Assembly: GCA_026770705.1 (NCBI GenBank) | Contig: JANJGN010000116.1 | Location: forward strand, 558,001-622,000 | Length of the DNA: 64,000 bases | Direction of reading: 5' to 3' | From: Isurus oxyrinchus | Lineage: Eukaryota | Shown here: piece by piece, positions 25,511-39,610 of the stretch | How positions within the stretch are numbered: the first letter of the stretch is position 1 | Layout: each line of letters opens with the position of its first letter | The notes under the pieces: model-generated | Told to the model about the DNA's origin: nothing | Databases searched by the model: none | What the model saw: only the letters and a program-made list of their open reading frames with translations | Position numbers and translations under genes: made by a program

Positions 25511-28500
25511 CTGAGTGAAAAGTACAGCACAGGAACAGGCCCTTCGGCCATTCTAGCCTGCGCTGATCATATTGCCCGTCAACTAAAGCATTTTGCACTT
25601 CCGGGGTCCGTATCCCTCTATTCCCATCCTATTCATGTATTGTCAAGCCGCCTCTTAAACAATACTATCGTACCTGCTTCCACAAACTCCACTGGCAGCG
25701 AAGCCAAGACACTCACAACCCTCAGCATAAAAAAAAACAATTGCCCCTCATATCTCCTCTATAGTTTTCCCCTCTCACCCTAAATCTATGTCTTCTAGTA
25801 ATTGACTGTTCCACCCTATGAAAAATATTCTATCTACTCTCTCCATGCCACTCATAATTTCGTTAACCTCTATCAAGTCGCCCCTCAATCTCCGTCGCTC
25901 TCATGAGAACAATCCGAGTTTATCCAACCGCTCCTCCTAGCTAATAACCTACAGACCAGAGAGCATCCTGGTAAACCACCTCTGCACCCTCTCCAAGCCT
26001 CCATGTTCTTCTGGTTATGTGGCGACCAAAATTGCACACAATAATCCAAGTGTGGCCTAACCAAGTTTCCATACAGCTGCAGCTTAACTTCCCAGCTTTT
26101 ATGCTCAATACCCCTGCCAATGATGGCAATTATGCCATATGCCTTCCTGACTACTTTATCCACCGGCGTTGCCACCTTAAGTGACCAGTGGACCTGTGCA
26201 CCCAAATCCCTCTGCCCGTCAATGCACTTAAGTTTTCTGCCATTTTCTGTATAATTCCTGCCTCTATTAGACCTTCCAAAATGCATTAACTCACATTTGT
26301 TCAGATTAAACAACATGTGCCATTTCTCCGTACAATTCTCCAATCTATCTATATCCCGTTGTATCCTTTGACAATCCTCTTCACTATCTGCAACTCCTCC
26401 AGCCTTAGAGTCGTATGCAAACTTACTAATTAGCACAGTAACATTTTCCTCCAAATCATTTATGTATTCTACAAACAACAAAGGTCCCAGAACAGATCCC
26501 TGCTGATCTTCACAAGTCGAAGCTCGAAATTCAGAAAAGCACATTTCCACTGCTACCCTCTGTCTTCTATGACTAAGCTAATTCTGTATTCATCCTGCTC
26601 ACCTCTGATCACGTTACCTTCTGTACCAGTCTGCCATGAGGGACCTTGTCAATGGCCTGACTGAAATCCATGTATATAACATACATTGCCCTTCCATCAT
26701 AGATCATCTTTGTCATTTCTTCGAAAAACTCGAACAAGTTAATGAGACACGACCTACTCCTCACAAAAGCATACTGCGTCTCAGTAACACTCAAATTTGC
26801 TTCCAAATGGTATTAAATCCTGTCAAGAAGAATCCTCTCCAATAATTTCACTCCCACTGACGTAAGGCTCACCGGCCTGTAATTTCCTGGATTATCCCTG
26901 CTACACCTGTTAAACAATGAAACAACATTAGCCATTCTCCAGTCATCTGGGACCTCACCCGTAGCCACTGAGGATACAAATTTTTCTGCCAGTGCCCAAG
27001 CGATCTCCTCCATTGCCTCCCTCATTACTCTGGGGTGGATCCCATCTGGCCCTGGGGACTTATCCACCTTAATATTCTTCAAAACGGCAAACACCTCCTC
27101 TTTTTTTATCTCAGCATGATCCAGGCTATCTACACCCTCTTCCCTAGAAAATTGACTGCTAAGTCCTTGGCTTTGGTGTATACTACTGAGAAGTAATCAT
27201 TTAGTATCTCTCCCATTCCTTCCGTCTCCCCACACGTCTGCCCTGCCCTTTAACTGGCTACCCTTTCTGTTTTTACCTGTGTATAAATGGCCTTGAGATT
27301 TTCCTTAATCCTGGTTGCCAGTGACTTTTCATGACCACTTTTATCCCTCCTGATTCCTTGCTTAAGTTTCTTCCTACTTTCTTTATATTCTCCACGTGCT
27401 TCATCAGGTTCAAGCCTTCTAGCCCTCACAAATGCTTCCCTTTAATTTTTGAATAATGACGCATTGCACATTATACAAGTTTCCTGAAACTTGCCATGTG
27501 TATCCTTCATCCTAGCAGGAATATGCTGGTCCTGAAGTCTTATTGACTGACGTTTGAAATCCCGCCCACATGTCAGTTGTTCATTTGCCCTCAGACATCC
27601 GCCTCCAGTCTAGAATCCTCAGTTCCTGCCTAACATTGTGATAATTAGCCTTGTCCCAATTAAGCACCTTAACCTGAGGACACCTGTTATCCTTATCCAT
27701 CAGTGCCTTGAAATTTAGTGAATTATGTTCACTTTTCCCGAAATGCTCCTCTGCTGAAACATCGATTACCTGTCCGGGTTAATTCCTTATTTCCAGCTCC
27801 AGTATTGCCCCTTTCCTAGTTGGACTATCTACATATTGTCTCAGGAAGCCCTCCTGGATGCACCTTACAAATTCTGCACCATCCAAACCCCTAGCACTAT
27901 GTGATTCCCAGTCAATATAGGGAAAGTTAAAATTACCCCAAGACTACAACCCTATTGTTGTTACATCTTTCCAATATCTGCCTACAAAACTGTTCTCCAA
28001 TCTCCCACCGGCAATTGGAAGGACTTTAGGAAACGCCCAAAATTGTGGCTGGACCCCTCCTATTCCGGAGCTCTACCCATATTGCCTCACTGCATCAGCC
28101 CACCGAGGCGTCATCCTGTCGTACAGCTGTGATATTCCCCTTAACCAGCAGAGCAACTCCCGCACCTCTTCTACCACCTTCTCTATCCTGCCTGAAACAT
28201 CCAAATCCTGGAACTTTAACTGCCAATGCTGTCCATCCTTCAACCAAATCCCTTTAGTAGCAATAATGTCATAGTCCCAAGTGCTAACAAAGCTCTAACC
28301 TCATCTGCCTTGTCTGTTATACTTCACACATTGAAAAAAATGCATTTCACTCCCCCAGTCACACTGTGTTCAGTAATTTCTCCCTGCCTGCCCTTCCTCT
28401 TAGTCCTATTGGCCATAATCAATGTTTCACAGTCATTTATTTCACCTGTTTACCTATTTCTCTACTTCACACACGCCTCTATTACGAGTTTAAATCCTCC

Positions 28501-29420
28501 CGAGGGACACTAGCGATCCTCACCTGCTGGATATTGGTGCCTCTCTAGTTTAGATGCAACCCGTTCTTGTTGTACAGTTCAAAACTGCCCTTGAAGAGCT
28601 CCCACTGATCCAGATATCAGAAATCCTTCCTCCTACACCATCTGTTCAGCCACGTGTTCAGCTGCACTATCTTCCAATTTCTAGTCTCAATGGCACGTGG
28701 CACAGAGAGTAATCCTGAGATTACAAGTCGAGAGGTCCTGTTTTTTTTAACTTACTGCTTAACTCCCTAAAGTCCAGCTGCAGGACCTCGTCACTCTTCC
28801 TACCTATGTCGTTGGTATGTATACCTTGACCTGGCTGTTCTCTCTACCCCTTCAGAATGGGACATTCCCGATCAGAGAAATCATGGACCCTGTCACCAGG
28901 GAGTAAACATTCCATCCTTGTGTCTCTTTCACGACCACAGAAGCGCCTATCTGAGCCCCTGACTATAGAGTTCCGTATGATAATTGATGTCCTGTGCTTT
29001 GATATCCCCCACCCCCCCACCACCACCACCACCTGCTTGACAACAGAACCATCTGTGGTACCACTGCTCTGGCTACTGCTGTTGTTTTCCCTTGATAGGC
29101 CAGCCACCCAACAGTTTCCAAAATGGTACACCTGTTATAGAGGGGGGGAAGCCACAGGAGATTTCTGCACTGCCCCTTCTAGCTGTCAGTCATCTATCTG
29201 TCTATACCTTCGTTGTGACCACGTCTCCAAAACTCCTGTCAATAACACTTTCCGGCACCTGATTGCTCCTAAGTGCATGCAACTGCTGCTCCAAACGATC
29301 CATGCAGTCTGTGAGGAGCTGCAATTGGGTTCACTTGCTGCAGATGCCGTTGTCCAGGACACCGGAAGCCTCACATATATCCCACATCCCACTTCACCTC
29401 AGCAACTGCCATTTCTAGAA
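25511..29420 (-). mobile_element. Near full-length CR1 LINE, decayed
   Basis: ORF1 Zn-finger/zipper (~29190-29390), esterase (SIVRGSDRRFCG..CLLPGDRV), endonuclease, and RT motifs KSPGPDG, NYRPVSLTS, YMDFSQAIDKVPH, QGSVLGPLLF, FAYD (FADD), LVRPHLDYCVQFWSP; 3' UTR. Confidence 0.95.
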
Positions 29421-29489
29421 CTATTCAATAAATTAATTTAAATATAATAATAATTAATTCGTTTAAGGTACAAAAAGCAAGTAGGAAAG

Positions 29490-30560
29490 CAGACAAAACC
29501 ATGGCTAACAAAGGCAATTAAGGATTCTAACAGGCAATAAGAAGAGGCATGTAAATTTGCCAAATGAAATCGTATGGCTTAGGATTTGAATAAGTTTGAA
29601 AATCAGAATAAAGAGAGGCATGAAATTGGTAATGAAAGAGAATATATTTGAGATTAAACTAGTGATGAACACAAAAATTGACTGCAAAAGCGTTTATAGT
29701 TATGTAAAAAAGAAAAAGTTTCGTAAAGGTTAGTAAAAGTTGATAATGTTTATTAATAATTTATGTGTGTTCATTACAGGCAGAGTTTGCATAATTAATA
29801 ATGGGGACTAAGGAAATTGCACAACACTAAATAAAAACTTTTGACCTGTCTTCAAGAAGGAGGATAAAAGAAACACTGAAGCTCCTTCGTCGCCCCCAAC
29901 CCCCCGAAACATTCAGGAGGAAAAGGAAGTAGTGAGATCGACTATGTGAAAGAAATAAGTATCTGTAATGAAGTTGTGCTGGAGAAATTATTTGGTCTGG
30001 ACTCTATGATTTACTTTCCAAACTCTTCAAAGAGATGGCTGTAGAGAAAATGGATGCTTTGCTGAACATCTTCCAAAATTAGATATATTCAGAAATGGAG
30101 CCTAAAGATTAGAACATTGCACATATGACCCCACTATTTAAGAAGTCTGTAAGAGGAAAAAATAGGGAACTGTAGACCTCTTAGCCTGATATCAGGTGGA
30201 CGGAACATGCTAGAATGAATAATAAAGCCTGTGATACCTGCTGAGATTGCGAAGCCAAAATGGATTTATGACAGGGTATTCATGTTTGACAAGCCCGATA
30301 GATTTTCTTTGAGAATTTTACTAGCAGTAGCTATAAGGGAGAGCGAATGGATGTGATGGATTTAGATTTCTAGAAGGTTTTAATAAGCTCCCACATCGGA
30401 TGTTAGTAAGGATAATTAGAGTTCATAGGATTTGCGGAAATACACTAGCATGGATTGAGGTTTAGTTAAAGGATTTAAAACAGAACATAGGGATAGACGG
30501 ATCATTCTCACGTTGACAGGCTTTAACCAGGTTTGGATCTGTGCTTGGGCCCCAGCCATT
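29490..30560 (+). mobile_element. Older CR1 ORF2 fragment
   Basis: KPWLTK, gggaactgtagacctcttagcctg (NYRP.SL), tcatgtttgacaa (SCLT), ttagatttctagaagg (LDF.K), ggatctgtgcttgggccc (GSVLGP). Confidence 0.7.
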
Positions 30561-30599
30561 CCTTAAACGTTAAATTGGCAGTCTTGTTCTGTCCCTGAA

Positions 30600-30900
30600 A
30601 ATTCCTCAGCATAAGGGAACGGTGTTTGGAACAAGGATCAGAACTCCACCTTCGGATATCTAACAGAAGGAAATGTGTGACCACCCAGTTTTGGATGCCA
30701 GATAAGCAGTCTGATTATTTAACCACACTGGAGGACTCGAAAAAAACATATTGTGAGGTTCAGCTGGGTGTCATTAGTGTACATGTGAAAATATTTCCTG
30801 TGTTTTGGGTGATGTCGCTGATGGGCAGCATATAGATCGAAAAAAATGAACAAAGACCCTTGGGCTATTGAATACGTGCATAACTGTTTCCGTGGCATGG
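30600..30900 (-). mobile_element. L2 LINE RT fragment
   Basis: FHMYTNDTQL corresponds to the YADDTQL catalytic motif. Confidence 0.6.
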
Positions 30901-30949
30901 CTTGATCTTGGAATATATTTATACACGTCACCTTGGTGAATATTGAAAT

Positions 30950-32040
30950 ATATAAAAATAATTATCTGTTCTAGATTTATTTATCTGAATTGGTCATGAT
31001 TAATTTTCGTTAATCCATTGTGCTTGCCTGTCAGATTTGTCTTTTTCTCGTTCATCACACTGCCAATGTTTTCCACTCAGGTCCGTATTGGACATCTAGT
31101 GATTTACGTATTCTATTAAATCATTCCTTGTTTTAGGACTGCATTAAGACTAATTCTTCAGTGAGTTTAATATTTTTCTTTTAAGCTCCAAGTGGAAATC
31201 AACAACTCTCTTGGGCATTAGAAATTCCCAACGAGAGCCAATGCAAGATATGGAACATCGATAAGAACAGCTCTTTGACTTAATTTCCAGCTGCAGGTCC
31301 AGGATTTCATTGATATCGTCGACAATTCCCACAATACTTCACTTCGACAAGCAGATGTTCGCGATCTGCCCCTTTTCATCTGGACAAAGTTGCAGCAGAT
31401 TCAAACATCAATTCCTTTATAAATTCTACTGTTTGTTGTCTTTGACAAGATTATGTCCATGAGATAGATCGTTCTCGCAATTCCATCCTGCTCTGCTAAT
31501 AGTTTAGTGAAAATATAATAATCTGCCTTATTTTTACGATTTGCATAGAACAAATGTATCATCCGATTTCTTAGTTAACCCTTCGGTAGACATTTAAAAA
31601 AAAAAATTTAATGCATACTTATACAAGTAATTCCCTTTCATTTTGCAACCTTTGAAGACTACCACACCTACTTTACAAATGACACAGACAGCTGTTTTAC
31701 GGATATTCAGGTAATGCATGGTGGAGTCCACTCTTGTTGATCAATTCGGCACTCAACTCCTGTTTTTCCTTTCATTAAGGCACTCATTGCTACCTTTGAA
31801 TTACATTTTGAACACTTTTGTTTTCGAACATGGCAACAAAGTGTCAGCGTCACGTAGAAATTAACGAACCCCACTGAGGTACAAATCGCTCACAAACAGT
31901 ACACTCCAGAGATAAATCTATTTTTTATTCCCACGTGCGCTAATGATCCCTAGATAGCATTTGTGTTTATTTTATTTAAATTTGCTAGACCCAGCTGCGG
32001 CCGGGATGAATCAATTTATGGTCCAAATAATTTCCCCAGG
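30950..32040 (-). mobile_element. hAT transposase relic (SPIN/GTF2IRD2-like)
   Basis: Across frameshifts: ECRIDQQEWT..AVCVICKVGVVVFK (BED-like), EFIKELMFESAA/LCPDEKGQIANICLSK..IVDDINEILDLQLEIK, matching the N-terminal half of SPIN/GTF2IRD2-type transposases. Confidence 0.6.
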
Positions 32041-32619
32041 CATTATTCTGCCCCCCATACATACAACTTTATTCTGTGCTTAGTTCTGTGATGCCCATGC
32101 AATTGTAAACTTCAACGAGCATTGTAGAGGGCTATTAATCGGTGTCCAATCCGGTACCCTTACAGTTGTGCAATTGTTTGATGGGGCAGTGCATTTAGAA
32201 CTTTATTCTACATCTAACGTCGGGCTGTACCTGACCACGTGAAGTTTTGAAGAGGCAGTGTAGATTGAACTTTACTCCGTCACAAATCAGCACTGAAAGT
32301 ATGCTAGGAGAGTTTGCTCAAAAAAGGTGGAGGATTTTTTAACATGATCTGCCTTGTTCACCATAGTGTAAATATTCTAGAGTATGGCTTGGTTTACTCA
32401 TTGAAAACGTCAATATTAACCTGTAGTCTTTTCTGTAGTATTGATTTTCTTGCGATCAGTGTGAATGTCTTATAATACATAATCAGTCACTGGCAGCATT
32501 TTGTTGCGCACACATGGTCTGAGTAAGTGTGAAAATGTTACTCAATATAATTTGCCGTACGTGGGAGAACGGGTTGGACACAATACGATTTACATTGCTG
32601 GAATGTTGGTACTTCCTAT

Positions 32620-33635
32620 AATCATTTAATTAAATTTACAACTGAACTACTATGGTAATGTAAAATATTTTTCAAGTGTTTCCTGAACTTAGCCTGAGTC
32701 ATTGCAGAAAAATAAATGTTCGTGCAGCATCCAAAGAGCTGGAGCACGTATCCCAGTTCTCGGATATGCATGTGGAAACGCAGAATGATACCCCATAGAG
32801 AGTACAGAGAAATATTGCCCAGAGCAGAATGAAAATCCCCGAGATAGCAAACAGCAAAATGTTGGGTTTTCTCCAACTTCCCAGTTCCAGGTCTCTGGAT
32901 ATTCCGGCACTGCTGCGTTGACAGCGTCTCCTTCGAGATCTGTTGGCTACCATTATTTGTCGGGCATTCACTGCATGCAACAACAGTATCAGAACAAATG
33001 AGTATCAGGGTGTGAAAATAAATAGAAGGAGCCAGATTTTTACCCAAACCAATGCTTGATGGATAATGTCAGGTGCTTCACAAAACCAGGATCTGTTCAT
33101 ATGCCAATCTTGACCTCTTAACATAAGATACCAGGTGCTGTCATTTAAGAAGTAAATGCCAAATCAACCCGTGCCATTTTCTTAGTGCAGTAATTAGTTT
33201 TCAACTTCTAACAACAACAGGTCCCGAATCGATCAAATGTGAAAGTCACGTTGAACCAAAGTGAACAGTCTGTTGCAGAAAGCAAAGCAGCATGAATATT
33301 ACACACAGGGATAGACTGTATCAATAGAAACTGTCGCTGGTAAGCAATTGGGATCTTACGCAAAATCAGATCAATGATAATGACCCGTAGATCAGTCACT
33401 GTCATGGCCACCATGTAACGGCTGAAACATTTGGAGACACACTTTCCACGAGATCAGATTACAGTCGGGACTAACTTAACAGTAGAAAGAAAAAAAAAGA
33501 AATATCATACACCACGCTGGGACCAAAATCAAATTGAATATGTAAAGAGATTTACAAATGTACTACAGCATGCAATGATGTAGTGAAATGATGGCACCTT
33601 TGGCAGGGTCATCCGTTGGAGACATGGGCTACCAT
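32620..33635 (-). pseudogene. GPR139/GPR142-like GPCR pseudogene, probably two exons with a short intron
   Basis: Exon 2 from 33479 after a mutated acceptor (ctacTG): RGKC-SKCFSRYMVAMTVTDL...TDCSLWFNVTFTFDRF...PWFC...CCTNIYFSAMTQAKFRKHLK. Putative exon 1 ~33555-33635 (FHYIIACCSTF followed by gtaaat). Confidence 0.85.
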
Positions 33636-34098
33636 AGAAAGAAATCAGTAACTATTTGCAAGTAATATTTGGCATAAGTTAAAATGAGGTTCAGTAATTT
33701 ACAGAGGTATAGATGAATGCAATTGTAGAATTGATGGTTAAGATCCAAGCTCGGATTATTGAGCCTGAATCTTTTGATTGTGAACCAGATTCAGAAGTCA
33801 CCAAAGCAGCCAGTGCCTATTTTTTTCCCCATTGACCTGTGTACATTTAATCGAGCCAAGGACTTATAACAGCACAAAAGGAGCAACTGTACCTGATAGT
33901 ATCCATTTGGTTCTCAATGAAAGAATCCAATCTGTGTAATTTCTCCTTTCTGTCCCGTTACAGGACATGCTTATCTAGCTCAAGTGTATATCCGAATTTA
34001 TTTATTAACCATTGTTCACACTTTGCTAATAGGCATCGAGTTCTAGTTTATTATGTTAGGAAGTTACAATAATACTCATAGTTTTTTTCTAAATTTAT

Positions 34099-34915
34099 TG
34101 TGATTTAGAGTAGTAGTCGGATATATTTATATTTGTGTGTGTGAGTGAGTTAATTGAATTAATCTCGGTGATTTGATCTAAGAGGAGAGATTAGGCTTGC
34201 AATTTTAATTACATAAACATGTTGAAGTTTAGAAAAATAGGTGTCAAGGGACCATTTGCATGGTGAAACAAACCAGGCTCGATTGCTTTCAAAGCAGGAG
34301 TGAGATGTGTCACCTATCCAGGTGGAGTTTGGAAAGGGTGTGTTTATTTTTCCCAAAGATTACTGTTAGCACTTTGTTCTCTGAGATGGTTCCATTATGA
34401 GGGGGATGTAATGTACAAAAGCATAGCGCAACAATGGGTCTTTGTATACTAAGAAGATAGGTATCAAGAACGAGCAAGTCTGTGTGCAGGGGAAGACATT
34501 TTACAAATGTGTGAAAAGTGTTCAGCATCTCTGCCGCAAATCGCTGTCTTCAAAAGATGAAGGTAAGATAACTCACTTGAAATTCGAATTGTTCAAGGTC
34601 TCAAGTTTCAACGCCTAGGTGTTTAATAATGTCTGTGCCTTACTGTTGCCTTAACGAAAATTTTACTGAGAGTTAGATTGTTTCGGTGATTTTGAAGTTA
34701 TCATAGCTATAATTGGTAGACATATGCATGTATTTAAAATCACTTCTCTTATTGCTTAATATCTTACCTAGTTTGGAAACACCTCTAAGACCAGGTGATT
34801 GTGTGACTACTGAGTTCAAGGCACACATCTAGAAATTTATGGAATTTGAAAATTAGTTGTGATAGCTGTTTCCTGGAATTGAACAGTGCACCATTTACCA
34901 TCGGCTGTCATAACA
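34099..34915 (+). mobile_element. Candidate solo LTR
   Basis: TG...tcataaCA termini with near-matching flanks tttat/attat and no coding content. Confidence 0.35.
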
Positions 34916-34959
34916 ATTATCACCAGCTGAATTAAAAACAAAAATCTCTTCCTAAAATG

Positions 34960-35422
34960 CGCAATTTATCTCCTGCAGAAAAAAAAAACAAATTTGTACT
35001 TTCCTATCCTTCAGTACCATCAACTCAATGTAATTCTTGGTTTTATGTAAACTTTCACACCTGTCATTTTCTTGCAAACCTTTATCAAATTTCCCTTCAA
35101 TTTCTTTGAGAACAACCGGAGTTTCTCCAATGTAACCAAATAGCTTTAAGACACTATTGATGGAAGAGTCTGGTAAATCTTCGTTGCATTGCCTCAAAGA
35201 CCCTTAGACTCTTCCTAAAGACCAGAAATGGAAGCTATGCTTTAGTTGGTGGCTTTGGCAAGGCTTGATAAATCTACTGCTTTGTCCTGATGTTATTGCA
35301 AACAACCCCACTATTTCTGAAGCACACGATCGAATTAATAAGGTTTGCTATCCTCTTGTCATGTCCTGCAGCTTTCAAATATACTTTCAGATTGAACGAC
35401 AGTTCCCCTTGACCATGAACAC
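34960..35422 (-). mobile_element. Old CR1 RT C-terminal fragment
   Basis: Decayed QRDLGV..SLK.AG..; ccaactaaagcatagcttccatttctgg (PQLEYCVQFW); caacgaagatttaccaga (QRRFTR). Confidence 0.6.
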
Positions 35423-35459
35423 GATTCATAAATGTGCCATTATATATATTTTGTAGTTT

Positions 35460-37670
35460 TGTATTCATTTGTTTGATGTGAGCGTCGCTCACATGGTCAA
35501 CATTGATTTCCATTCCTAATTACTCTTGAGCAGCTTGTGGTGAGCTGCTTTCTTGAGCTGCTGACCCCAAGAGGCGAAGGTAAACCCTTATTCCTGTTAG
35601 AGAGGTGGGTCGCGGACTTTGATACTGGGCCAGTGAAGGAACAGTATTATTTTTCCAAGGCAGGATGGTGAATGACTTAGAGGGGATCTCCAGTTGTAGT
35701 TTTCCCATGTGTCTGCTGGCCTTGCCAGTATTCTAGTTGTTAACTGCCGTGGGTTTATAATGTGCTGTCTAATGAGATTTGGTGAGTTCCTGCACTGCTT
35801 CTTGTAGATGGTAAAACTGTTGTTGTGCGTGGCTGGTGTAAGGAGTGTTCAGGGACGTGTTCAGGGTCAGGGGGAACTGTCGTTCCATCTGAAAATGTAT
35901 TTGAATGCTGCAGGACATGACAAGAGGATAGTGAGCCACATTAATGCCATCGCCCTATTCAGAACTAGCAGGGTTGTTTGCAATAACATAAGGATAAATG
36001 TGTAGATTTATAAAATATTATTGGAAAGGGTGGAAAAGAAATGCAGTTGTGCCAAGCTCCTTGAATGCTGTTGGGTCTGCGCTTACTCAGGTAAGTGGGA
36101 AGAAACCTAACATACCCCTGACTTGTGCCTTGCCGATATTGGGTAGGCAATGGCGAGGGAGAAGGCGATTTCCTCGCTGATGAATTCCTAGCCATTGGCT
36201 AGCTGCTTTTGCTAAAGTGGGTTTATGTCTAGTCCAGTTCAGTTTCTGGTCAATGGCAAGCACGATGATGCTGATGGTGGGGTTTAGCGATGGTAATGCC
36301 ATTAAAGGACAATGGGGCGAGGGTTAGATTCTCTCTTGTTGGATCTTAACATTGTCTCGCACGTTTGTGGTGTGACTGTTACTTTCCACAAGTCAGCACA
36401 AGCCTAGGTTGAATCGATGTCTTGCTGTATAGACTGTTTCAGTATTTGGGGAGCAGCAAATAAAGCTGTATCATCCATGATCATTCCCACTTTTTAACTT
36501 ATGATGGAAGGAATGTTGTTCATGAATGAACTGAAGAGGGCCTGTTCTAGGAATCTAATCTGAAGTCCTCCTATAGTGATGTCCTGGAACTGAGCTGATT
36601 GCCCTCTAACGACCACAGGCAAATTCCTTTGAGCTAGTTATGACACCAACAGTGGAGATTTTTAACTCTGAATCGTATTGAATCCAATTTTCCTCGGGCT
36701 TCTTGATGGCACACTCTGTCAAATGTTGCGTTGATGTCAAGGGCATTTACTCTTGCCTCACCTTTCATGTTCAACTCTTTTTTCCATCTTTGAACCAAGG
36801 CTGTAAAGAGGTAATGAGCTGAGTGACCTTGGCGGAACCCAAACTGATCTTCAGTAAACAGGTTATGACTAAATAAGTGCCGCTTGGCAGCAAAGTTTGA
36901 GACTAGTTCCATCCGTATACTGATAGCGGAGGTAGATAGGGCGGAAATTGGTTGTGTTGGATTTGGCCTGTTTTTTGCGTACATGACATACCTGAGCAAT
37001 TTTGCAAATTTCCGGGCAGGTGCTTTAGCTCTACTGGAAAAACTTGGCTACAGATGCACGTGGTGCACTGGTCTTCGATACTGTTGTCAAAATATTTTCA
37101 GTACCCATCGCATTTTGATATCGCATGCCTTCAGACTTTCCTTGATATCACATGGAGTGAATCGATATGTTTGAAGACTGATATCTGTGATGCTGGGGAC
37201 CTCCAGAGGAGGCCGAGATGAATTAGCCTTTTTGCACATCTGCTCAAGGTGGTTGCAAGTGCTTCAGCCTTATATTTTGCACTGATCGGTTGGGTTCTCC
37301 CCATCATGGGGTTATTTTTGGAGGTTTGCTCTCCAGTGAGTTGCTGAATTGTCCACCACCATTCATGACTTCATGTGGTAGGACTACAAAACACAAATAT
37401 CGTCCATCATTTGGGGAATCACTTCGCTCCAAATATCACTTGCTGATTCTACTGCTTGGCACGTAAGTCTTATATTTTGTTCCTTCATCAGTTTGACACC
37501 TCGTTTTTTGTGACGCCAGCTGCAGCTCCTGGCGTGCCCTCCTTCATTCTTCGTTGAAACAAGCTGATCCGTTGGCTTGATAGTACTGGTAGATTGGTGA
37601 ATATCCTGGGCTATGGGGTGACAGATTGTGGTTGTGTATAATTCTGCTGATATTTCACGCTGCATGCTGT
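35460..37670 (-). mobile_element. Second non-LTR (CR1/L2-group) LINE family, RT to 3' end
   Basis: HLFSHNLFTEDQFGFRQGHSA..LVQRWKKELN..ALDINATFDRVCHQ; 3' tail at ~35460-35530. Confidence 0.85.
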
Positions 37671-38319
37671 CTCCATAGCCATTCTCCGAAAATCCATCAC
37701 CTCACCCTCCTGTGCATTCAATTACATCGAACATTTTAACTTCCTTTCTGTTAGCATACCATGCCAGACGGATTTTTGATCTAGAGGGAGTCAAAGATTC
37801 CGGTGGAAAAAAACGCAAGTGGAGTTAAGGCCAAAGTTACATATAGCCATACGGTCAGTGAATGGTTTGGATCATCGTGGAGGGCCCGTATGGCCTGCTT
37901 CTGAGTCTTTTCCTTTTGATCTTATTAGTATCTTATGATCCCGTTGATTTTGATTGTTAATATGCTTCCTGATTGCCATACCTCCACGTATGATATCACG
38001 TTGGCAATTATCCTTCTTTGTCATGACAACCAAATCTATTTTTATAAGGTACCCTGTCAAATTTTAAAAAAACGCATGCAGCCAAAATACAGCACATTCC
38101 CCTCAGTAATCTTCTCTGTTGCCTTAACAAATTAGAGCAATTAGATTAGTTAGTCAGAGTCTGACATACCTGTCAGTAAAGTTGTACTAGCTGGGTTGGG
38201 TTTGGTAGAAATATCTTAGCAAAGTTCTTTGAACAAACATGTCATAACTTTTAAGTTTTATATGCTGCTAACATTGCTGGCATTTGAGAACCATTTAAGA
38301 TTAAGTCAATCCGTTATAT

Positions 38320-39610
38320 GCGCCCTGCCAAGACTGTAGCAATTATATTGACAGCTTTTGCTTCAGGTCTTGCTGAGCCCCTAGTCAAACTGTTCCAGCA
38401 CCGCCACAAAACTGGCTTCCAGCCTGCAATGATGACAATTTCCCAGACACGTCTTGCTCAGAAAAATCACGGGAAATTCAACCAGTCCAGTTGCTGCCCC
38501 ATGAGTCCAAGCACCATCTTCAATAAAGTAATGGAAGGGGTCACCAATAGTGTTACGAGCGGTGCCTGCTTAGAAATAACCTGCTCACTGATGCCACCAA
38601 GTTTACACAGCTTCAGAACACATTGCAGCCTTTTCCAAATATGGTAAAAGAGCTGAACATCAGGAGTGCGACGAGAGTGACTGGCCCTACCGCCCTCACT
38701 GCTTCATCAATGGCATTCCTTCCATCCAAAAATCAGATGAGGGGATGCTCGTTGATGACTGTGCTCAAAGTTCAGCAATATTTGCAACTCCTTTGACTTT
38801 GAGGTAGTCCATTTAGTCAACTGCAGCATGACATGGATAATAACTAGGATGGGCTGACACATGGCAAGTAACATTCACGCCATACAAATGCCAGCCATAG
38901 CCCATCACCAACAAGAGACAATCCAACTATCACCGCTCGAATTTCAAAACACTGAGGATTGCCATTGACCAGATTCTGAATTGGGCTAGCCATTTAAATA
39001 CTGTGACTACAAGAGTAGGTCAGAGGCGAGAAATCCTGTGGCGAATAACTAATCTTCTGACTCCCCAATGCCTATCCACCATGTACAAGGCATAATTCAG
39101 AAGTGCGGTGGAATTTTCCCCACCAGTCTGAATGAGTACAGCTGTGACAAGACTCAATAAACGTGACAACATTCAGGAAAAGGCAGCCTGCTTGATTGGC
39201 ACCCCTTCCAAATGGATTCAACACCTCCACCACGAGGAGCAGAGCCAGCAGTGTGTACCATTTGCAAAATACACTGCAGAAACCCACCAACGTTCCTTTG
39301 GCAGCACTTTCCAAACAAAGGACGACTTTACCATCTAGAAGGGCAAGGATAACAGACAAATGGGAACGTCACAACCTGGAAGTTACCCTCCAAGCCAATC
39401 ACTATCCTGCTTTGGGAATACATCGCTCCCGTGCTGTGTCGCTGGGTTAAAATCCTGACAGTCCCTCCATAATGGCACATTGGGCGTACCTACACAACAT
39501 GGACAGCTGAAGGAGGCATCAAACCATCACATTATCAAGGGCAATTAATGATGGGCAACACATGTTTCCCCAGCCAGCGAAGTCGAGATCCCATAAATGA
39601 ATTTAATAAA
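38320..39610 (+). mobile_element. Same LINE family, opposite orientation
   Basis: LAEPLVKLFQ..KVMEGV..; NIQEKAACLIGTPS; tail aagggcaattaatgatgggcaacacatg...cccataaatgaat. Confidence 0.85.

Noticed and set aside
33745-33818. Possible minus-strand tRNA-Arg relic
   Set aside because: Too degenerate to support by eye.
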